Part shown: in pieces, positions 57,465-64,000 of the stretch
How the letters are laid out: every line of letters begins with the position of its first letter
How positions within the stretch are numbered: the stretch's first letter is position 1
From: Gammaproteobacteria bacterium
GTDB lineage: Bacteria > Pseudomonadota > Gammaproteobacteria > Ga0077536
NCBI GenBank assembly: GCA_043744805.1
Contig: JAYTTZ010000131.1
Coordinates: forward strand, 5,290-69,289
Reading direction: 5' to 3'
DNA: 64,000 nucleotides
Made by a program: the position numbers and the translations under genes
The notes under the pieces: generated by a model
What the model saw: only the letters and a program-made list of their open reading frames with translations
What the model was told of the DNA's origin: nothing
The model's database searches: none

Positions 57465-57672
57465 GGCCGCATGATAAACCGCCGGTGGACGCGGGGCGGC
57501 ATTGGGGCGGTAGGCAGCGTCCTGCGCGGGCTGCAAAGGAGGGTTTCGAGGCCGGCCGGGTTCCTGCTTGCGCAGGAATGAAGCTAAGAACGTCGGCGGC
57601 CGCCTGCGGCACGCGCGATTCCGTCGCTCCGGGTTTCGTTCGAGAATCACGTTTTCTCCCTGGAGCGACCCC

Positions 57673-58767
57673 ATGAGCAAGCGCCTGACGACCCTGCCCC
57701 GCCTCGATGGCTTCGCGATGCCGGCCGAATGGTCGCGGCAAGCCCAGGTGTGGATGGCCTGGCCGGAGCGGCCGGACAACTGGCGTCGCGCAGCGGCGCC
57801 GGCACAGGCCGCGTTTGCCGCCGTCGCCAACACGATTGCCGAACACGAGGCCGTCAGCCTGCTGGTCTCGGCTGCCCAGTACAACAACGCCCGCACCGTG
57901 CTCGACGCCCGCATTCGCCTCATCGAGACCAGCACCAACGACGCCTGGTTGCGCGACACCGCGCCGACCTTCGTACGCAGCGCGGCCGGCGAAGTGCGTG
58001 CGATCGACTGGGTCTTCAACGCCTGGGGTGGGCTGGACGGTGGGCTCTACCACCCGTGGGACGCGGACGACGCGGTGGCCGGGAAAATCGCCGAAATCGA
58101 GCGGCTTGACTGTTATCGCGCGCCGCTGGTGATGGAAGGAGGCGCCCTCCACGTGGACGGTGAAGGCACCTGCCTGGTGACCGAGGAATGCCTGCTCAAT
58201 CCCAACCGCAACCCGAGGTTGACGCGTGGCGACATCGAACGGCACCTGCGGGATTACCTTGGCGTCGACACCGTGCTGTGGCTGGGACGCGGCATCCTGA
58301 ACGACGAAACCGACGGCCACGTCGACAACCTCTGCTGCTTTCTCCGGCCCGGCGTGGTGGCCCTGGCCTGGACGGACGACCAGCAGGATCCGCAGTACCC
58401 TCTTTCACTCGAGGCGCTGCAACGGCTGGAAGCCGCCCGCGACGCCCGCGGACGTGCACTGGAGGTCATCAAACTGCCAGTGCCGCGAAGCCCGGTGCTG
58501 ATGGGCGCGGACGCTGCGAGCGAAGTGCTGGCGACGCCTGGCACCCTGGTGCGACCGGCGGGTTTCCGGCTGGCCGCGTCGTATGTGAATTTCCTCCTCT
58601 GCAACGACGCGCTTATCCTGCCGGCCTTCGATGACCCGCACGATGCGCTGGCACGCGACATCCTGGCCGAGCAGTTCCCGGGGCGGGTCATTCGCCAGGT
58701 GCCGGGGCGCGAGATCCTCTATGGCGGCGGCAACGTCCACTGCATTACGCAGCAGCAGCCGGCATGA
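57673..58767 (+). CDS. aguA: Agmatine deiminase
   Basis: 364 aa. N-terminal ...GFAMPAEWSRQAQVWMAWPER... and C-terminal ...GGGNVHCITQQQP (catalytic Cys) are typical of AguA/PAD-fold porphyromonas-type deiminases. Confidence 0.8.
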   Translation: MSKRLTTLPRLDGFAMPAEWSRQAQVWMAWPERPDNWRRAAAPAQAAFAAVANTIAEHEAVSLLVSAAQYNNARTVLDARIRLIETSTNDAWLRDTAPTFVRSAAGEVRAIDWVFNAWGGLDGGLYHPWDADDAVAGKIAEIERLDCYRAPLVMEGGALHVDGEGTCLVTEECLLNPNRNPRLTRGDIERHLRDYLGVDTVLWLGRGILNDETDGHVDNLCCFLRPGVVALAWTDDQQDPQYPLSLEALQRLEAARDARGRALEVIKLPVPRSPVLMGADAASEVLATPGTLVRPAGFRLAASYVNFLLCNDALILPAFDDPHDALARDILAEQFPGRVIRQVPGREILYGGGNVHCITQQQPA

Positions 58768-58792
58768 CTTCAGGGCGAGCGGCCTTGAGCCC

Positions 58793-59179
58793 TCAGCCCG
58801 CCTCGACTCGCCTCAACACCGGATTTGCCGCGATGGACTTGCTCACCGGGCACTGCGCGGCGGTGCTGGCCAGACGCTTGCGTTGGGTGTCGTCCAGCGG
58901 GCCGTCCAGCTTGAGCGTGTACTCGAAGGCATAGGCATCGGGCACGCTGCGGTCGAGCGTTACGGTCACTTGCGCTTTTTCCAGCGGATAGCCGTATTTT
59001 TCGGCGGCGATGCGGATGGTCATGCTCATGCAGGCTGCAAGTGCAGCTTCCAGCAGTTCATGCGGGCGGAAGCCGTCACCGTCGCCGCCCTTGTCCGCGG
59101 GCATGTCGGCCTGGGCGGAAACGCGCTCGTTGCCGATCGTGTTGCGATAGCCCTTGCCGAGTTCGCGCGCGGTGATCAC
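58793..59179 (-). CDS. OsmC/Ohr-family peroxiredoxin-like protein
   Basis: 128 aa. The ...GFRPHELLEAALAACMSMT... and ...AAQCPVSK... two-Cys arrangement is typical of OsmC. Confidence 0.75.
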   Translation of the reverse strand: MITARELGKGYRNTIGNERVSAQADMPADKGGDGDGFRPHELLEAALAACMSMTIRIAAEKYGYPLEKAQVTVTLDRSVPDAYAFEYTLKLDGPLDDTQRKRLASTAAQCPVSKSIAANPVLRRVEAG

Positions 59180-60036
59180 GGCTTGGGTTCTGGTAGGTCG
59201 TCGCCAGCCAGCGCCATCTGTTCGTCGCGCAGCCTGGCATGTTCGGCGCGGCGCATCAGGATCCCGGCCACCACCACGCCGATGCTGACCACGCCCAGCA
59301 TCAGCGCGGCGAGCGCGTTGATTTCCGGAGACAGCCCGAGTCGCACCTTGGAGTAGATGACCATCGGCAAGGTAGTTGCGCCCGGGCCGGAGGTGAAGCT
59401 TGCGATCACCAGATCGTCCAGCGACAGGGTGAAGGCCAGCAGGAAGCCCGAAACCAGCGCGGGCATGATGAGCGGCAGGGTGATGACGAAGAACACCTTG
59501 CCCGGCGGCGCGCCCAGATCCAGCGCGGCTTCTTCAATGGAGGGATCCATGCCCGTCAACCGTGACTGCACGATGACCGCGACGTAGGCGAGGGCAGAAG
59601 TGGTGTGGGCGATGACGATGGTGAGCGCGCCGCGCCCCGCCGGCCAGCCGAAGGCCTGCTCCAGGGCGACGAACAGGAGCAGCAGCGACAGGCCGGTGAT
59701 GACTTCTGGCATCACCAGCGGCGCAGTCGAGAGTGCCGTGAGCAGTGCACGTCCACGAAACGGCCCAAAGCGGGTCAGGGCCACGCCAACGAGCGTGCCC
59801 AGCACCACCGCAAGCGAGGCGCTGATGAGCCCGATGCGCACCGACAGTCCCGCTGCCGAGAGGATCTGGTCGTTCTGCAGGAGCGCGGCGTACCAGCGGG
59901 TAGAGAAGCCCGCCCAGACGGTGACGAGTTTCGACTCGTTGAAGGAAAAGACGACGAGCGAGGCGATGGGGATGTAGAGGAAGGCGAAGCCAAGGCCCAG
60001 CCACACCCACAACGCGCGGGGCAAGCGCTGGCTCAT
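59176..60036 (-). CDS. potC: Spermidine/putrescine ABC transporter permease (PotC/PotI/SpuH-like)
   Basis: 286 aa, six TM helices, and an EAA-like loop ...EEAALDLGAPPGKVFFVITLP... Confidence 0.8.
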   Translation of the reverse strand: MSQRLPRALWVWLGLGFAFLYIPIASLVVFSFNESKLVTVWAGFSTRWYAALLQNDQILSAAGLSVRIGLISASLAVVLGTLVGVALTRFGPFRGRALLTALSTAPLVMPEVITGLSLLLLFVALEQAFGWPAGRGALTIVIAHTTSALAYVAVIVQSRLTGMDPSIEEAALDLGAPPGKVFFVITLPLIMPALVSGFLLAFTLSLDDLVIASFTSGPGATTLPMVIYSKVRLGLSPEINALAALMLGVVSIGVVVAGILMRRAEHARLRDEQMALAGDDLPEPKP

Positions 60037-61034
60037 TTTCCGGCCTCGGCGCGCCGGGCGAGCCAGGACTGCAGGCCCATGATCACCAGCACCATCGACA
60101 GCATCACGATGGCCACCGCCGAAGCGATGGGCCAGGCACGGTTGGAGAAGAACTCATCCCACAGCACCTTGCCAATCATCAGCGTGTCGGTGCCGCCCAG
60201 CAGGTCGGGGATCACGAATTCGCCCAGGGCCGGAATGAACACCAGCGAGAAGCCCGCAATCACCCCCGGCATCGACAGCGGCAGGGTGATGGTGAAGAAC
60301 GCCTTCAGTGGCCTGCAGCCGAGGTCTTCGGCCGCTTCCAGCAAGGTCAGGTCCATTTTCTCCAGGGCGGAGTAGAGCGGCAGGATCATGAACGGCAGGT
60401 AGCAGTAGACGATGCCGACATACACCGCGAAGTTGGTGCGCATCATCACGATGGGCTCGTCGATGATCCCGAGCCACATCAGCAGGTTGTTGATGACACC
60501 GCTGTTGTTGAGCAGCCCGATCCACGCATAGATGCGCAGCAGGAAGGACGTCCAGAACGGCAGCACCACCAGCATCAGCAGCACCCCGCGCCACGCGGGT
60601 TCCGCGCGCGCTATGGCATAGGCCATGGGATAGCCGACCACGAGGCAGATGAGGGCGGAGAAGAACGCCACCTTCACGGAGTTCAGGTAGGCGTTGAGGT
60701 ACAGCGGATCGCTGGTGAGGAAGGTGTAGTTGCCGAGGTTGAGCTTGATCGAGAGGTAGCCTTCGGTGGCGAGGTCAACCAGCGACGAATAGGGCGGCTG
60801 GGCGATCAGCTGGTCCGCGAAGGAAATCTTCAGCACGATCACGAAGGGGACGAGGAAAAACAGCGCCAGCCACAGATAGGGCATGCCGATGACCGCGTCA
60901 CGTCCGGTGAGGGGCAGTCGCGTGACCAGGTTGAGCAGCAGGCGGATCGGCGCGAAGCGCGCCAGGGTCGTGGCCAGGCCATGGTGGCCGGCCGCGAGCC
61001 GATCGCCCAGCGGGAGCTGGCCGGCGCGACTCAT
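60033..61034 (-). CDS. potB: Spermidine/putrescine ABC transporter permease (PotB/PotH/SpuG-like)
   Basis: About 333 aa from MSRAGQL. EAA loop ...LEAAEDLGCRPLKAFFTITLP... It overlaps its neighbours by 4 nt. Confidence 0.8.
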   Translation of the reverse strand: MSRAGQLPLGDRLAAGHHGLATTLARFAPIRLLLNLVTRLPLTGRDAVIGMPYLWLALFFLVPFVIVLKISFADQLIAQPPYSSLVDLATEGYLSIKLNLGNYTFLTSDPLYLNAYLNSVKVAFFSALICLVVGYPMAYAIARAEPAWRGVLLMLVVLPFWTSFLLRIYAWIGLLNNSGVINNLLMWLGIIDEPIVMMRTNFAVYVGIVYCYLPFMILPLYSALEKMDLTLLEAAEDLGCRPLKAFFTITLPLSMPGVIAGFSLVFIPALGEFVIPDLLGGTDTLMIGKVLWDEFFSNRAWPIASAVAIVMLSMVLVIMGLQSWLARRAEAGK

Positions 61035-62179
61035 GAACTCAGGACCACGCCGCTGGCCGCGTGCCAGTGCAGCCACACTGCGTCGTCCCAGGTCAGGGCG
61101 TCCTCGGACTGCCGGAAGAGATTGGGGCGGGTCACTTTCACCAGGGCGCCATTGGCGAGCTTCACGTTGAAGACCGAAACGTCGCCCATGTAGGCGATGC
61201 CGTCGATGATGCCTTTGACGCAGTTGTCGCGGGTGTCGGCCGGTGGCTCCAGGGTGATGTTGATCTTTTCCGGCCGCAGCGCCACCCACAGCCGGGCGTT
61301 CGGCGAAGCCGCCACGCCATGGTTGATGTAGATGGAGAAGCCGGCGTCTGCGGTGTCGATGCGCACGAAGCTGCTGTCCTCGTCGATGATCCGACCGGCG
61401 AACATGTTCACCGAGGCGATGAAGTCGGCCACGAAACGGTTGACAGGGAATTCGTAGATTTCACTGGGCGTGCCCACCTGGGCAAGCTGGCCGAGGTTCA
61501 TCACGCCGATCCGGGAGGCCAGCGTCATGGCTTCCTCCTGATCGTGGGTGACCACGATGAACGTGACGCCGAGCTTGTCCTGCAGGTTCATCAGTTCGAA
61601 CTGCGTGGATTCGCGCAGCTTGCGGTCCAGCGCGCCCAGGGGTTCGTCGAGCAGCAGCAGCTTGGGCTCCTTCACCAGCGAGCGCGCCAGCGCCACGCGC
61701 TGCCGCTGCCCGCCGGAGAGCTGGTGCGGCTTGCGGCGCGCGAAGGACGAGAGCTTCACCAGATCCAGCATCGAGGCCACGCGCTCGCGGATCTCCTTCG
61801 CCGGCGTGTGGTCCTGGCGCAGCCCGAAGGCCACGTTGTCCTGCACGGTCATGTGCGGGAACAGCGCGTAGGACTGGAACATCATGTTGACCGGACGGCG
61901 GTAAGGCGGGATGCCCGCCATGTCCTGCCCGTCGATGAAGATCTGGCCGCTGGTGGGATCCTCGAAGCCCGCCAGCATGCGCAGCAGAGTGCTCTTGCCG
62001 CAGCCCGAGCCGCCCAGCAGGCAGAACAGTTCGCGGCGATAGACGTTGAGCGAGATATCGTTCACGGCGACGAAGTCGCCGAAACGCTTGCTGACGTTGC
62101 GGATGGAAATGTAGGGCTGCGCGTTCGGGTCCCGCCAGGGTTCGTCTACCGAGACCTCTGATTTCCTGCCGTCGTGCAT
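61031..62179 (-). CDS. potA: Spermidine/putrescine ABC transporter ATP-binding protein (PotA/PotG/SpuF-like)
   Basis: Walker A GGSGCGKST, ABC signature LSGGQRQRVALAR, Walker B LLLLDEPLGALD, and a C-terminal TOBE-like regulatory domain. ATG at 62179 with a GGAG SD. Confidence 0.85.
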   Translation of the reverse strand: MHDGRKSEVSVDEPWRDPNAQPYISIRNVSKRFGDFVAVNDISLNVYRRELFCLLGGSGCGKSTLLRMLAGFEDPTSGQIFIDGQDMAGIPPYRRPVNMMFQSYALFPHMTVQDNVAFGLRQDHTPAKEIRERVASMLDLVKLSSFARRKPHQLSGGQRQRVALARSLVKEPKLLLLDEPLGALDRKLRESTQFELMNLQDKLGVTFIVVTHDQEEAMTLASRIGVMNLGQLAQVGTPSEIYEFPVNRFVADFIASVNMFAGRIIDEDSSFVRIDTADAGFSIYINHGVAASPNARLWVALRPEKINITLEPPADTRDNCVKGIIDGIAYMGDVSVFNVKLANGALVKVTRPNLFRQSEDALTWDDAVWLHWHAASGVVLSS

Positions 62180-62216
62180 CTCCGGGCCTCCAGCGCGCCT
62201 GTGGTGCCTGCCGTGC

Positions 62217-63335
62217 CTACTGGTTGGTCTTGATGCGCGTCCAGGTGCGCGTGAGCACCCGATCAAAGGTGGGCGTGTTGGTCACGTTGGGGAAGAGCTT
62301 GGCCTTGGTCGCAGGGTCCGGGTAGATCGCCGGGTCGTTCTTGACCTCGTCGTTGACGAACTCGGTGGCCGCTGCGTTGCCGTTCGGGTAGCTCACGACG
62401 TTGGACACCGCTGCAATGACTTTAGGACGGAGCACATAGTCGATGAACTTGAGGGCGTTCTCGACATGCTTGGCGTCCTTCGGGATGGCCATGGTGTCAA
62501 ACCACATGAGCGCGCCTTCCCTGGGGATGAAGTATTTGATCTCGACCCCGTTCCTGGCCTCCGCAGCGCGACTGGCTGCCTGGAAGACATCGCCGCTCCA
62601 GCCGAGCACGAGGCAGATTTCGCCGTTGGCGAGGTCGTTGATGTACTGCGAGGAGTGGAAGTACTTGATGCTTGGCCGCACGCCCATGACCAGCGCTTCG
62701 GCTTTCTTCAAGTCTTCCGGTGATTGGCTGCCCGTTGGCAGGCCGAGATAGCGCAGCGCGGTGGGGATGACCTCGACCGGCGCGTCGAGCAGCGTGACGC
62801 CGCAGTCCTTGAACTTGGCCACCACTTCGGGCTTCAGCAGCATGTCCCAGCTGCCCAGGGGCGCGTCGGGCATCCGTTCCTTGATCTTCTTGACGTTGTA
62901 GCCGACGCCCGTCGTTCCCCACAGCCACGGCACCACATGCTGGTTGCCCGGATCGTAGCCCTCCAGGATCTTCATGATCTCCGGGTCGAGGTTCTTGTAG
63001 TTGGGCAGCTTGCTCTTGTCCAGTGCCTGGAAGATCCCGGCCTGGATCTGGCGGGACACGAAGCTCGCCGAGGGCACCACGAGGTCATAGCCGGTGTTGC
63101 CGGCCAGCAATTTGGCCTCGAGGACTTCGTTGGAATCGAAGACGTCGTAGCGCACCTTGATCCCGGTTTCTTTCTCGAAATTGGCAATGGTGTCTTCGGC
63201 GATGTAGTCCGACCAGTTGTAGATGTTGAGGACTTTGTCGCCAGCGTCGGCGGCTTGCGTCACGTTGAGGCCGAGACTCGCAACGAGCATGGCGACGGTG
63301 CGCAGGACGCGGCGAAAGGGGGATTGAATCAGCAT
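62217..63335 (-). CDS. potF: Polyamine ABC transporter periplasmic substrate-binding protein (PotD/PotF/SpuD/E-like)
   Basis: 372 aa from MLIQSPFRRVLRTVAMLVASLGLNVTQA (signal peptide). ...VLNIYNWSDYIAEDTIANFEKETGIKV... is the typical PotD/F start. Confidence 0.8.
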   Translation of the reverse strand: MLIQSPFRRVLRTVAMLVASLGLNVTQAADAGDKVLNIYNWSDYIAEDTIANFEKETGIKVRYDVFDSNEVLEAKLLAGNTGYDLVVPSASFVSRQIQAGIFQALDKSKLPNYKNLDPEIMKILEGYDPGNQHVVPWLWGTTGVGYNVKKIKERMPDAPLGSWDMLLKPEVVAKFKDCGVTLLDAPVEVIPTALRYLGLPTGSQSPEDLKKAEALVMGVRPSIKYFHSSQYINDLANGEICLVLGWSGDVFQAASRAAEARNGVEIKYFIPREGALMWFDTMAIPKDAKHVENALKFIDYVLRPKVIAAVSNVVSYPNGNAAATEFVNDEVKNDPAIYPDPATKAKLFPNVTNTPTFDRVLTRTWTRIKTNQ

Positions 63336-63576
63336 GGACGGCACTCCTGGGTAGCACGGCGATCGTTGCGACAGTGGGGGCTTGCACAGCACGGGCCAGC
63401 GGGCACTTTGACGATAACCATTCACTTACGGCCCCGCAACCGGCGCAGGCAAGCGCAATCTGGTGCAGCCTGCCCCGCGCTGGAGCGCCTCGACGGTGTG
63501 TTGGCGTGGATGGGCCGGCACCTCCAGGTGTCGGAGGGCTTGGACATCACGCCGTGCCGTTCGACGCGTCGTGGGG

Positions 63577-64000
63577 CTAAGCGACGCCCAGCGTCCTGGC
63601 CGTCAGGTCCAGGCAGCGCCGCGCCAGCGAGATGAATTCGTCAATCTCTGCGCGGCTCATCACAAGCGGTGGCGACATGATCATCGTGTCCCCTACCGCG
63701 CGCATCACCAGCCCGTTCTGGAAGCAGAAGTCGCGGCAGACAGTGCCAGCTTTGCCCGCCGGCTCGAAGCGGGCGTGCGTGGCTTTGTCCTTCACGAGTT
63801 CGAGTGCACCGATGAAGCCAATGCCGCGGGCTTCGCCCACCAGCGGGTGGTCGGCGAGTTCGTGCCAGCGGGCCTGCAGGTAGGGGCCGGTGTCTTCGCG
63901 CACCCGCTCCACCAGGCCTTCGTCGCGGATGATGCGGATGTTCCGTTCCGCCACCGCGCAGCAGGTCGGGTGCCCGGAGTACGTGTAACCGTGGAAAAAC
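63577..64000 (-). CDS. Class III aminotransferase (SpuC-like putrescine-pyruvate aminotransferase), C-terminal part; the gene continues beyond the window
   Basis: The reading frame stays open to the window edge (...FFHGYTYSGHPTCCAVAERNIRIIRDEGLVERV...). This is the characteristic C-terminal region of omega-aminotransferases. It lies upstream of potFGHI, as spuC does in spu operons. Confidence 0.7.
   Translation of the reverse strand, partial: FFHGYTYSGHPTCCAVAERNIRIIRDEGLVERVREDTGPYLQARWHELADHPLVGEARGIGFIGALELVKDKATHARFEPAGKAGTVCRDFCFQNGLVMRAVGDTMIMSPPLVMSRAEIDEFISLARRCLDLTARTLGVA

Noticed and set aside
1-64000. CRISPR arrays, rRNA/tRNA genes, transposases, integrases
   Set aside because: No regularly spaced direct repeats were seen. 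No tRNA-like cloverleaf, no TPsiC-arm consensus and no rRNA-like segments were noticed. No recognisable DDE or tyrosine recombinase ORFs were found. The only mobile-element-like feature is the non-coding IR element at 45967..46137.

Overview
GC-rich (~67%) proteobacterial chromosomal window that is densely coding, mostly catabolic and envelope functions, with no rRNA, CRISPR, transposase or integrase genes recognised. Reading 5' to 3', it contains:
(1) The tail of an RND/MMPL exporter, a Ycf48-like BNR-repeat protein and a DUF1302-like outer-membrane beta-barrel.
(2) A tightly packed exbB-exbD-exbD operon whose fourth gene has a TonB-like N-terminus (membrane anchor with an SxxxH motif plus a Pro/Glu-rich spacer) but a von Willebrand A domain in place of the TonB C-terminal domain. 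A large secreted helical protein, an acyl-CoA synthetase and a DUF1329 (LolA-like) protein follow. This is the most unusual system in the window.
(3) A convergent thiolase, a cupin-XRE regulator, a dimethylglycine/sarcosine-dehydrogenase-family enzyme, a hydantoinase A/B pair and two MFS transporters.
(4) A Baeyer-Villiger monooxygenase, followed by a long minus-strand catabolic operon. Its genes are a second hydantoinase/acetone-carboxylase-like pair (the B-like subunit carries a C-terminal zinc-ribbon tail), an ornithine-cyclodeaminase-like enzyme, a DHDPS-family aldolase, an SDR dehydrogenase, Rieske dioxygenase alpha and beta subunits and an extradiol dioxygenase.
(5) A TetR regulator co-transcribed with a SAM hydroxide adenosyltransferase (DUF62) and a methyltransferase. 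After these come a DUF1993 gene, a Rap1a-like orphan immunity gene, an MCP gene, an internally deleted enoyl-CoA hydratase remnant, a zur-ZIP pair and a MalY-like lyase.
(6) A low-GC islet whose only gene has an 11-G homopolymer that puts its ATG and signal peptide out of frame (a phase-variation signature), bounded by a 171-bp MITE-like inverted-repeat element.
(7) A luciferase-like oxidoreductase, a DUF4258/DUF2283 toxin-antitoxin pair, dacB and a DUF488 gene.
(8) A polyamine block: aguB, a Rieske oxygenase with a quinohemoprotein PQQ alcohol dehydrogenase, a glutamine-synthetase-like ligase, a class III aminotransferase, aguA, osmC and a spuCDEFGH-like ABC operon running off the 3' edge.
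Many long antisense ORFs in the six-frame track are GC-rich shadow frames and were rejected.
Coordinate caveat: adjusted start codons were derived arithmetically from the ORF-track frames, because direct position look-up in the printed sequence disagreed by about 1 nt at one site.
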